Assembly: GCF_001194135.2 (NCBI RefSeq)
Contig: NC_069006.1
Coordinates: forward strand, 13,714,124 to 13,747,653
Length of the DNA stretch: 33,530 bases
Direction of reading: 5' to 3'
From: Octopus bimaculoides
Taxonomy: Eukaryota
The notes below the pieces were generated by a model. That model ran no database searches and was not told where the DNA came from. It worked only from the letters and a program-made list of their open reading frames with translations. Positions 10,141 to 22,300 of this stretch are shown here, piece by piece. Both the position numbers and the translations under genes were made by a program. Position 1 is the stretch's first letter; every line of letters begins with the position of its first letter.

Positions 10141-12418
10141 ATGTTTCTTTATTGGCAATAGGGCTGAACAGAGAGGGGACAAAATACAAAGTAGAGCTTT
10201 TCTTTTTGGGAAGAGAAGAAAAAAGGGTGTAGAATTTCGATCAAAAAGGATCATGGAAGGGGGGGGGGCACGTGCGTCAGTATATATGTTGTGAGTGCTC
10301 ACCAGTTTTCTTTCTTTCTTTTTTTTTTTTTAACATTAGATTCCGATAGAATCGTAATCTATACTATCTGAAAGGTATTTGTAGAACATTTCAATAAAAA
10401 AAATATTCATTTTTGTTAAAGTTATGAGGAAACAAAGTCAGAGGGTGGTGGCACTTGTGAAAGTATGTCGAGATTCTTTGCATCGTAATTATATTACAAT
10501 CTAAAATATAAATTATGTAAACAAACAAAACGAACGGATGAAATATTCCTTAAAAAAAAAAAATCAATTATTACTTTTCTTAATCGTCTTTTACAATGTA
10601 ATACGACTAGAAATATTCAACCTTAAATACCAAGATGACCTTTAGGAGGTTTTTCACCTGGGTGGTTGATTAACAGATAAGTAGACACAGTTAACTCTCT
10701 TTCTCTCTATCACAGAGTTTAATGGCATACCCTCTCACTCTGTGGTGCATGCATTAGTGTAATGTAATAGTCGTAATAGTTATTACACAATACTTGCAGG
10801 TAACAACTCTATATACATAATAATATTACATAATAATTCCATTAATATCTTGAATGCCTTTCACAGGATTATAGGTTACCATATTCATTAGATCCCCTCC
10901 TTCTTCTCTCCACTACTCGGAATAACTCCCAAGACGGCCAAATTGCCCTCGAATTACAGCCACATCGACTTAAGAAAAAAATATTGCATTAATAAAATGT
11001 AATCCTAGATATACCCCAAATAAGGCAGGACAGTCGTAACTGGAAATGCTTTTGATCATAAACAGGCCTGCATGACCAGAGTTGACCTGGGGCTAAATAC
11101 TATCGCCATCTCCAACAACAACAGTGACCCTTCGATTGCCAGTGTCTGCATCAAAGGTCGCACCACGTCCTTAGTTCAAGAGTTTGCAGATTCTGCTTGA
11201 CTTACACTTTGCCTTTGTTGTTTTTTAAAGATTTTTGCGGACAGATAGAAAAAAAAAACAAGAATAAACAAATAATAACAAATAAACATCACTTGCCTTC
11301 TTAATGTGTGTACTGGAAGTAGGCCGTCCACGACTTGAAACCCAAATCACGCAGTTCCCTGCTGAGTTGTGGTGAGAGGAAACATGTGGAGGATAAGCAC
11401 TAAATAATAAGATTTATCTGCAGAGGCAAATTTTTCTACCACTACACCAAGAGATTAAATTTACGAATTGNNNNNNNNNNNNNNNNNNNNNNNNNNNNNN
11501 NNNNNNNNNNNNNNNNNNNNNNNNNNNNNNNNNNNNNNNNNNNNNNNNNNNNNNNNNNNNNNNNNNNNNNNNNNNNNNNNNNNNNNNNNNNNNNNNNNNN
11601 NNNNNNNNNNNNNNNNNNNNNNNNNNNNNNNNNNNNNNNNNNNNNNNNNNNNNNNNNNNNNNNNNNNNNNNNNNNNNNNNNNNNNNNNNNNNNNNNNNNN
11701 NNNNNNNNNNNNNNNNNNNNNNNNNNNNNNNNNNNNNNNNNNNNNNNNNNNNNNNNNNNNNNNNNNNNNNNNNNNNNNNNNNNNNNNNNNNNNNNNNNNN
11801 NNNNNNNNNNNNNNNNNNNNNNNNNNNNNNNNNNNNNNNNNNNNNNNNNNNNNNNNNNNNNNNNNNNNNNNNNNNNNNNNNNNNNNNNNNNNNNNNNNNN
11901 NNNNNNNNNNNNNNNNNNNNNNNNNNNNNNNNNNNNNNNNNNNNNNNNNNNNNNNNNNNNNNNNNNNNNNNNNNNNNNNNNNNNNNNNNNNNNNNNNNNN
12001 NNNNNNNNNNNNNNNNNNNNNNNNNNNNNNNNNNNNNNNNNNNNNNNNNNNNNNNNNNNNNNNNNNNNNNNNNNNNNNNNNNNNNNNNNNNNNNNNNNNN
12101 NNNNNNNNNNNNNNNNNNNNNNNNNNNNNNNNNNNNNNNNNNNNNNNNNNNNNNNNNNNNNNNNNNNNNNNNNNNNNNNNNNNNNNNNNNNNNNNNNNNN
12201 NNNNNNNNNNNNNNNNNNNNNNNNNNNNNNNNNNNNNNNNNNNNNNNNNNNNNNNNNNNNNNNNNNNNNNNNNNNGTTTCTCCGTCTTTATTATTTACGT
12301 GGTCCAGATCGACTTTGCCTTTCATCCTTTCTTGGTCGATAAATTAAGTACCAGTTACGTACTGTGGGTCGATGTAATCGACTCGTCCCCCTCCCCCGTT
12401 CGCCAGAGCGCATTTTTT

Positions 12419-12557
12419 GGTAAATTTTCAGATTAACACCCGCACGATTTTCACTAGGGTGTTAGGGTCAGGGTTTTAGGGTTTGGGGTTAGGGACGGAA
12501 TTCCCTAACCCTAACACCCTGGTGAAAATCGTGTGGGTGTTAATCCGAAAATTTACC
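12419..12557. mobile_element. Fold-back MITE with telomere-like repeats and 8-bp target-site duplication
   Basis: 49-bp inverted arms 12419-12467 and 12509-12557 (46/49), flanked by direct CATTTTTT at 12411-18 and 12558-65; TTAGGG/CCCTAA variants inside. Confidence 0.8.
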
Positions 12558-13129
12558 CATTTTTTTTCCATATTCGTTTACATGTTACATATGGATTTAT
12601 TGGCATAATTACAGATTTCTGCCCCCTCCCCACCAAGTTTGGATGATAAAATGGATATTTTTTAATGAAATTGTCTACGAGTATGTTGTTATATCATGTA
12701 GACTTCGGAGGAGTGGGGAATTTCGGAAAATTCATCGGCGTCCACTTCAATTCGTCTTAACTTTCAAGAAAATGGATATTTTTTTTTTTTTTACGAAATT
12801 CTCTACAAATATACTTCGGACTATGGTAGATTCCGTGAACATAGGAATTTTGGGGTAAAACAACAGGGGATTATTTTTGAGAACCGTTCCCCACTCGAGG
12901 GTGTTTCAGAACAAGTCCATATTTTTCTCCGTTTTATGCGTTTGTTTATCCTCTCTCTCTCTCTCACACACACACACACGTAATTAAAAAAGTTCAAACG
13001 GGGAATTATTCCATTCAATATCATGTTTACTATAGAGATTATGGGCGATCTTTCAATACTAGGCCGGAATATCGGCCTTTTCCGTAAAAAGTGTCTTCGG
13101 CGATCTTTACCAAAGATCGGCCTTTTCCG

Positions 13130-13286
13130 TAACACCCGCACGATCTTCACTAGGGTGTTAGGATTAGGGTTTTAGTGTTAGGGGTTAGGGTTAGGGTTAA
13201 GAGAGGTAGAGAAGGTATGTTTTTTTTTGTTTTTGCTTGTTGTTTGCTGCTTACCACTATCTATCTCTCTTCACCCTAACCCTAAC
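13130..13286. mobile_element. Partial second copy of the TTAGGG-containing element
   Basis: TAACACCCGCACGATCTTCACTAGGGTGTTAGG matches the arm at 12434-12466, then TTAGGG variants and CCCTAACCCTAA near 13274. Confidence 0.7.
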
Positions 13287-14399
13287 AGATTATACTTTAC
13301 ACTTCTATATTTAACTGTACGTGTACATTATTTTTGCTTCTGGTGTCTTCTGCCTTTCTAATATAAACGTTTATCTGGGAATTTACTTAAAGTGAGAAAA
13401 AGATCGTATGCAACAAATAAGTCGTCTTAACATATTTCGTAAAGACTTCCTCCCCCCCATTTTCTCGCAAATTATTGTTGTTTTAAAAATTTTTTGGGNN
13501 NNNNNNNNNNNNNNNNNNNNNNNNNNNNNNNNNNNNNNNNNNNNNNNNNNNNNNNNNNNNNNNNNNNNNNNNNNNNNNNNNNNNNNNNNNNNNNNNNNNN
13601 NNNNNNNNNNNNNNNNNNNNNNNNNNNNNNNNNNNNNNNNNNNNNNNNNNNNNNNNNNNNNNNNNNNNNNNNNNNNNNNNNNNNNNNNNNNNNNNNNNNN
13701 NNNNNNNNNNNNNNNNNNNNNNNNNNNNNNNNNNNNNNNNNNNNNNNNNNNNNNNNNNNNNNNNNNNNNNNNNNNNNNNNNNNNNNNNNNNNNNNNNNNN
13801 NNNNNNNNNNNNNNNNNNNNNNNNNNNNNNNNNNNNNNNNNNNNNNNNNNNNNNNNNNNNNNNNNNNNNNNNNNNNNNNNNNNNNNNNNNNNNNNNNNNN
13901 NNNNNNNNNNNNNNNNNNNNNNNNNNNNNNNNNNNNNNNNNNNNNNNNNNNNNNNNNNNNNNNNNNNNNNNNNNNNNNNNNNNNNNNNNNNNNNNNNNNN
14001 NNNNNNNNNNNNNNNNNNNNNNNNNNNNNNNNNNNNNNNNNNNNNNNNNNNNNNNNNNNNNNNNNNNNNNNNNNNNNNNNNNNNNNNNNNNNNNNNNNNN
14101 NNNNNNNNNNNNNNNNNNNNNNNNNNNNNNNNNNNNNNNNNNNNNNNNNNNNNNNNNNNNNNNNNNNNNNNNNNNNNNNNNNNNNNNNNNNNNNNNNNNN
14201 NNNNNNNNNNNNNNNNNNNNNNNNNNNNNNNNNNNNNNNNNNNNNNNNNNNNNNNNNNNNNNNNNNNNNNNNNNNNNNNNNNNNNNNNNNNNNNNNNNNN
14301 NNNNNNNNNNNNNNNNNNNNNNNNNNNNNNNNNNNNNNNNNNNNNNNNNNNNNNNNNNNNNNNNNNNNNNNNNNNNNNNNNNNNNNNNNNNNNNNNNNN

Positions 14400-14620
14400 A
14401 CACCATTTCGAGCGTGGCCGTTTTCGTGCGGGTGACACGTAAAAGCACCCACTACACTCTCTGAGTGGTTGGCGTTAGGAAGGGCATCCAGCTGTAGAAA
14501 CTCTGCCAAATTAGACTGGAGCCTGGTGTTGCCATCCGGTTTCACCAGTCCTCAGTCAAATCGTCCAACCCATGCCAGCATGGAAAGCGGACGTTAAACG
14601 ATGATGATGATGATGATGAT
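14400..14620 (+). mobile_element. SINE family A copy
   Basis: Reverse complement of the 4585 copy, ends in (GAT)n. Confidence 0.85.
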
Positions 14621-14774
14621 GTAATTTAGTCTCCATTAATGTCATTTGTTGCGGGTTTGTGATGGGTCAGTCACTGCTCACCGCCTCATTGGATCCTGCT
14701 GAGCTGTCTCAAACATGCCAGCACCGAAGATGAACAGATGTTATATGATGATGATGATGATGATGATGGTAGTT

Positions 14775-14975
14775 ATTGTTGGTGTGGATGTGGCTGTGTG
14801 TCAAGAAATTTGCTTCCCAACCACTTGGTTCCAGGTTCAGTCCCACTGTGTGGCATCTTGGGCAAGTGTCTTCTGCTTTAGCCCCAGGGTGACCAATAGC
14901 TTGTGAGCGAATGTGGCAAATGGAAACTGTGTTTGTGTGTATGTGCCTCCCATTGCTTGACAACTAGTGTTGGTA
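14775..14975 (+). mobile_element. tRNA-derived SINE family B
   Basis: GGCTGTGTGTCAAG..GGTTCAGTCCCACTG..TTGGGCAAGTGTCTTC. Confidence 0.75.
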
Positions 14976-15214
14976 TGCATTGAGCAAACTTGGACACACA
15001 CACGTATGTATGAATGTGTGCGTGTGTATATGAAGGATATGTTCTCTATATGGCCTGCTTGTTTGTTGTACCTTGTTTATCATTTTGTCCATGTTCTTTT
15101 GCAACGTCATGTACCCAGATGTGTATCTATATGTACATGTAGATGAAGGTATGTACATAAATGTATATATATATGCATATACTCATATATTGTTTATATA
15201 TATATATAAAGTGC

Positions 15215-15397
15215 TCATGCTGGTGCCACATAAAAAGCTCCCAGTGTACTGTGTGGAGCGGTTGGCATTAGGAAGTGCATCCAGCCCATAGAAGCCATAC
15301 CTGAACAGACTATGGAGTCTGGTGTGGCCCATGGCCTTATCAGCTCTGGTCAAACCATCCAACCCATGCCAGCATGGAAAATGGATGTTAAATGATG

Positions 15398-15400
<3 letters not shown>
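15215..15400 (+). mobile_element. Diverged SINE family A copy
   Basis: GGTTGGCATTAGGAAGTGCATCCAGC..TCCAACCCATGCCAGCATGGAAAATGGATGTTAAATGATGAT. Confidence 0.7.
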
Positions 15401-15435
<35 letters not shown>

Positions 15436-15944
15436 GGGGAATTTGACAAGACAGTCAGTCGGAAGCTGACACTCGTTGATGCTGCATCGAAGAGGCCAGG
15501 GAATAGAAGAAAGAAGACATGCACCCAACACCAGAGCTGAAGACACCTCCGAAAGGGGGGGCCCCACCACGTCAAAACGGTAGAGGAGTAGGGGCCGAAA
15601 CCGGACGTGGTTCCTCCTGAGGATGTCTTGAGCTAACTGGATCCTATAAAGGAGCTGTTGTGGTAGCAGACCATGAAACATTACTATATATATATTTATA
15701 CACACATATCAACAAGAATGGAATGAGCAGTTTGTTGTTTTGCAGCTGCAAATTAGGGGTAGTTTATATATATATATATATATATTGTAATCATGTATGG
15801 AGTTATCTTCCTTTGTAAGAGAATATATGTAATGCACAACTGCATTTTTTACAAGAGTGGTTGTATTGTTGGCTTTATATGTATCCATTTAATTTTTCTC
15901 GATATTTTTATTCATTTTTTTGTTTTTCTACTTTTTTTTGGCAG

Positions 15945-16065
15945 AAAAACTTAATGTAAAATTTATTGACCGCACAAAAGACAGTGGTTTGCCAAGTGCT
16001 GAGGAACTGAAGCTTGTCAAAGCTGTCCAAGACAAAAATAAAGAATTGCTACGAATTCCTCGAAG
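15945..16065 (+). CDS. LSG1: LSG1 exon (first visible)
   Basis: ggcag|AA..AG|gtttgt; EKLNVKFIDRTKDSGLPSAEELKLVKAVQDKNKELLRIPR. Confidence 0.88.
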
Positions 16066-16333
16066 GTTTGTTTGTATTGATTGATTTTATGTCACATTTG
16101 GTAAACTATAACATTGTTGATTGCAGATTTTCATTAGGCGAATGAAAAGCTTATTGCCTTCCTGGTGGTGAGAGAGAAACAAGGGAGTGTTTGCTGCACA
16201 TTGGCAAACAAATATCACAAAAGACTTTTCTGAAAGAGCCCCAACTTATTGCTATTCTTGCCAGTGTTTATATCCTTTGCTGAAATATATAAACATGTAC
16301 ACATAGAGCTATACACGCACACACATATGTGTA

Positions 16334-16391
<58 letters not shown>

Positions 16392-19300
16392 CATGTGTAA
16401 ATTTATTCATTTAAAATTTTTATTTTTTAATCCTCACTTTGTCTTTCTCTGTATTCTTTCTCTGCAGGCCTCACTGGGATTCCAACACAACACCTGAAGA
16501 ACTTGCTGCCAAGGAACGAGAACTCTTTCTTCTGTGGAGGAAGAGTTTGTCTTTGTAAGTATTTATCTGTATTTTATAAATATTGTTGCTATTTCTCTTT
16601 ACCTTACTTTGTTGACCCTTTTGTTATTATATTTCTGTTGGAATAAACTGCTGTTCTTTTAGTTACTTTTGAATTTATTGAAGAATTGAGTAAACTAACT
16701 TAGGCATTATTAATCCTTTAACATTAAAAACTGGCCATATCTGGCCAAAATATTTTCCCTGTTTTATGTTCAAACTGGTCAGATGTGGCCTTTCACATCT
16801 AGGCCAGTGGAGTCAGAGTCGTGGAGTTGGAAACAATTAATGGGTAGCTGGAGTCGGAGTCTGTAAAACTATACCAACTCCAACATCTCTATTCTTTAAT
16901 ATAAACCATATATAGGCCTACTCAAAGAACAAGCGTATGCATATGCTTTATGAGATATACAGACCACCACAGTCACTTAATTACATAAAAAGGAGTTAGA
17001 GGTGCCACTAGTAGATGAGTCAGAGTTGAAGTCTTTTGTTTTGACTTCATAGCCCTGCTCACATCATTCTAAAAAACCTACAATATCATTCTAAAAATGT
17101 TGAAGTTACCTCTTCAAAATTCCAAAGCTACAAGATAATTCATGATCGATTCAAAACAATGTTTCCAACTCCACGACTCTTGACTCCACTGGCCTGGATG
17201 TGAAAGGCAAATAATGTGTTGCCTTTATTGAACCCATAAAGCAAAATATGCCAAATATGCCCCTTTGTCACTTCTGTTATAGCTGTGAACAAATAACTGT
17301 TAAAATCAAACTGCACTCTTCAAAACATTCACTAAGAATAAGTACAAGGTAAAATTACTACCTGCAATTACTATAGCAAGTTGATGCAGGTAGCTTATCC
17401 TGTCACCCTCCAACTTTTAGTTCATGCAATTGTAAAAACTGCATTATTTACGGGATGACCCAATATATTTATGTTTCCAAAAGGTTACAAGCAGAAGACC
17501 ATGTTACATTGACTCCATACGAAAAGAACCTGGACTTCTGGAGACAACTTTGGCGCGTTCTTGAACGAAGGTAAGTTTTCTATTTATTTACAGATTTTTG
17601 TTGTTAATGATGTTGTTTAGCCCTAGGCCAACCCTGATCCTACAGGCCTGTAATCAAAGACATTCCCACCATGACAATCCTGTGTGCAGCAGATCTAGGA
17701 CCCTTTGACGGGTTTTTTACCACTCAACTGTCATCCTTCATATGCTTCACATGTTAATACTAGCCTAGTCTTACAGTTCTATATTTAAGAGATGAGGAAT
17801 CCTGTACATTATTTACATTTGACGGATATTTGTCCTCATCTTGTTTGTTGTAAACACAATGTTTCAGCTGATATACCCTCCAGCCTTCTTCAGGTGTCTT
17901 GGGGGAAATTTCGAACCTGGGTTCTCATTCCTAAGGTATTCTTTGATGTTGTTATTATTATTGTTCAGGTCACTGCTTCGAATTGAACTCGGAATCTTGG
18001 GGTTAGTAGCACACAGAGAGAAACACACACACACACGCACACGCACACACACACANNNNNNNNNNNNNNNNNNNNNNNNNNNNNNNNNNNNNNNNNNNNN
18101 NNNNNNNNNNNNNNNNNNNNNNNNNNNNNNNNNNNNNNNNNNNNNNNNNNNNNNNNNNNNNNNNNNNNNNNNNNNNNNNNNNNNNNNNNNNNNNNNNNNN
18201 NNNNNNNNNNNNNNNNNNNNNNNNNNNNNNNNNNNNNNNNNNNNNNNNNNNNNNNNNNNNNNNNNNNNNNNNNNNNNNNNNNNNNNNNNNNNNNNNNNNN
18301 NNNNNNNNNNNNNNNNNNNNNNNNNNNNNNNNNNNNNNNNNNNNNNNNNNNNNNNNNNNNNNNNNNNNNNNNNNNNNNNNNNNNNNNNNNNNNNNNNNNN
18401 NNNNNNNNNNNNNNNNNNNNNNNNNNNNNNNNNNNNNNNNNNNNNNNNNNNNNNNNNNNNNNNNNNNNNNNNNNNNNNNNNNNNNNNNNNNNNNNNNNNN
18501 NNNNNNNNNNNNNNNNNNNNNNNNNNNNNNNNNNNNNNNNNNNNNNNNNNNNNNNNNNNNNNNNNNNNNNNNNNNNNNNNNNNNNNNNNNNNNNNNNNNN
18601 NNNNNNNNNNNNNNNNNNNNNNNNNNNNNNNNNNNNNNNNNNNNNNNNNNNNNNNNNNNNNNNNNNNNNNNNNNNNNNNNNNNNNNNNNNNNNNNNNNNN
18701 NNNNNNNNNNNNNNNNNNNNNNNNNNNNNNNNNNNNNNNNNNNNNNNNNNNNNNNNNNNNNNNNNNNNNNNNNNNNNNNNNNNNNNNNNNNNNNNNNNNN
18801 NNNNNNNNNNNNNNNNNNNNNNNNNNNNNNNNNNNNNNNNNNNNNNNNNNNNNNNNNNNNNNNNNNNNNNNNNNNNNNNNNNNNNNNNNNNNNNNNNNNN
18901 NNNNNNNNNNNNNNNNNNNNNNNNAAAAACGTTTCAGCATTTTTAGCTGCTATTTCTGAACTTCGGTATGTGGTGAAGCAACCTGTTGCTGATCCCTTAA
19001 TTTTGTTTATAAATGTTAAAGAACTTTTAAATAAGTTCCACACCGATAATGGTGCTTACATACCGAAGGGCTTGGTAAAAATTATTAATTATTAATTTAT
19101 TAATAAATTGATAATCCTTTACCCTTTTAATTGTAATAATATATATATATATATGTATATATAATGTGTGTATGTGTAATCTGATGTTTCTCTCTTCTTT
19201 TTCTCAATGCAGGCAATATTGGGCCAAGTACTTCTCCACTGAAGGTGTCCGGGTTGCATTTTGGTCAGCCATAGAAGAAACTAAGAAACATCAACAGGTA

Positions 19301-22300
19301 AAGGAAATGATATTTTACTCCGTCTAATTCAGCACGAGAATATAATTCCATGGAACATTCCAGATCACAGCAGTAAGTGCCTGTTACTTACACTGTGTGT
19401 TGCTTCCTCTGTCCTCGTTGCTGAGAAAATATATCCATAGTATCACACCATTAATAGTTAAAAACTATTTTATTGATAAAAAAGAAAACAGTGAATTGAT
19501 GATGATGATGAACTTAACGGGAGATACTGTGTTTGTGTGTTTCTCCCCTGTGTTCACTGATTTGTAAACAATGGCTTCCTAGCATGTCTTGCTTATTACC
19601 GGATCAATAGACTGGGAAATTATTTACTTCATTTGGAAACGGATCGGGCTTAGCTGAGTCATGCAAGCATGGAGATTTTAAAATAATGATGGTGGTGATG
19701 ATGATGATGATGATGATATCCAGCCCCATGTTTTGATAATCAGATGGACCACACAGATTTTTTTCCCCTACCTTCACAAAAATTATTGGGTTGTCCGGAA
19801 AGTTCATGCCGATTTTTAAAAGGAAAGAAAAAGGTCAATAAATACTTGCCATTACAGTTTTAATCAACCGAATATGAACCATTTTGTTGCACAATGTGTC
19901 TCCATTCTTCCTTTAACTTGAAAATACCCTCTTCCCAGAATTGAGGTGGTTTCATGGCAAATAAGTCGAAAGGTAAACTACTATAAATCGGCACGAATTT
20001 TCCGGACAACCCAATATATTTGAATATTTTTTTGTTATTTGTCTATTTACTTATTGTTCATTATTTTGTTTTTCATTTTATTTTCCAGACATCCAAGACA
20101 CAGGAACAAGAAAGGTCAGATATTCCTGAAGAGTTGAAAAAATTGGCAGAAAGTGTACAAGATGCTGCTGCTGTTGATGAAGATGCTGTTGCCACTCCTA
20201 ACAATTCTAAAGTTAAAGATGATGAGAAAGATGGTAATGATGTTGATAACCATGTGGGCGATTCAGTCAAAGATCTTGGCAGTTCCTCAACAGCCGAACC
20301 TGATCAAACTGTTGTGCCTGAGTCCACGACCGCTGACTCTATAGAATTGGCTCTGGAGAGTCACAGTTCATGCCACGATATGCAGTCAAAGACAAAAAGA
20401 GGTGTTGAAGAAATGATGAGCACTTTGTGCTTAGCTCCTCCCGATTCTAAAGAAGGCAGCTCAGTTGAGAAAGACAGTGAAGGAAATGAAAATGATGACA
20501 ATGACAAAGATGATGATGATGAAGAAGAAGAGGAGGAAGATGAGGAAGAAGATGGTCACCAGGTAATGACAGATGCACAGGATACAAAGACTGCTGCCCC
20601 ATCGCAAACCTGTGCCATAGAGAACTCAGCCGAGGTGCTGGACACGCACAAGCTGCTAGAATTTCTGAAATCACTTCATGTCGGTCCAACATATCAACCA
20701 GGTGTAACAACATTAGGAATGGTAAGTCTAAGTAAGAGTTCTTTATTGTCTTGTCATTGTTATTGTTTTACTTCTGTTTCTCGCCGTTGGCATCAGTTAG
20801 ATCAGTTGATCTTTCTCAACCGCCCTTTATTATGCCAAGGCATTGACACATTTTACGCGAAAAGTCAAAAGCAACTGGTATGCATTGATGGGAAATTGTG
20901 ACTGTGTGGTTAGGAAACTTTGCAACCTTATGGTTTTGGGTTCAATCCCACTGCATGTCATCTTGTATAACTTTCTTCTACTCAAGCATTGGGTTGACCA
21001 ATGCCTTGTGAGTGAATTTGTTAGACAGAAACTGTGTGGATGCCCATCATATATATATANNNNNNNNNNNNNNNNNNNNNNNNNNNNNNNNNNNNNNNNN
21101 NNNNNNNNNNNNNNNNNNNNNNNNNNNNNNNNNNNNNNNNNNNNNNNNNNNNNNNNNNNNNNNNNNNNNNNNNATATATATATTCTGACTGAAGTTCACC
21201 AGGGAATCATGAAATGACACATATTTGGATTGGTTGGAATGTTTTCTTTTAAAATGTTTAATTTGTGTATATATTCACCCAATGAAAAGGGTTTTTTTCA
21301 CATGATGTAATAACTCTATTCATCAATAAAAAGCACTCTTAGAGCAGCTGTAGTGAGTGAACCACTATCCATCTGTTATTATTTGTTTACACACACACAT
21401 ATGCAATGATTTGGAAAGTGGTGTCGATTTTACAATTATGAAATCGTGATGGCTCCTGTACCAGTTGAGCACAAAGAGCACCGTTAAGAACGCAACAGAC
21501 CACCTGCTTTCAAAGCCAGGACGTCGTTAGTGTGACACTCTGACTGCTAGGCCGTGCCCCTTTACATAAGTAGAAAGATAAATGGCGCTTTGATTATATA
21601 TTGCAGTTGTTGTTGCTGTTGCTTCTATTTCCCCAACATCATCATCATATATTCTATGTGTCTTCATCTTTCTTCAGGTTGGTTTCCCTAATGTTGGTAA
21701 AAGTTCCACCATCAACGCCATACTTCAAACTAAGAAGGTTCCAGTCTCTGCTACTCCAGGACGTACCAAACATTTTCAGGTAAAAGCCAATAACATCACT
21801 GTTATACATTGTATGGGTTGTACGTCCATGTGTGCGTTAGTGTATTGCTGTTTTGTACATTTATGTAACTTATATTAATATTAGGTTGTTTGGAAAAATG
21901 TCCGATTCTAAAAATAAGCCTATATTCTTGAAAAACTGAACTTATACAAAGATTTGATTATTCAAAGTATTATCCCTGAACAGCTATGCTGTTCGATAAA
22001 AATTATGCCTGTTCGATAAAAATTCAAAGGTTTCGATGCCAAGAAATCCTTGGGTTGAGTTTTCGACCTCAGTTTTGGAACGGAAGGTTTTTTTGCCTTA
22101 AAAAAATGTCTAGATGCTTGTAAAAGTGGTAGTCTGTGGGTGAAAGATCAGGAGAATATGGAGGGTGTGGTAAAGTCTTGTATCCCAAGTCTGTGAACTT
22201 CTGCAGTGTCATTCTGGAATGGAAATGTGTGGTTCAGCTTTGTCACGGGACAGAATTGGACCACGTCGATTGACAAGTGCAGGCCTCATTTTGCTCAAGT

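Noticed and set aside
12460-13290. Telomere or chromosome-fusion site
   Set aside because: The repeats are short, degenerate and embedded in an element with TIRs and a TSD
13408-13498. MGGRKSLRNMLRR as the LSG1 N-terminus
   Set aside because: It is on the minus strand, opposite to LSG1, and has no supporting splice structure
15530-15625. CTGAAGA..GGCCCC/GGGGCC-GAAAC hammerhead-like arrangement
   Set aside because: An extra hairpin sits between the core and stem II, and stems I and III cannot be paired in register
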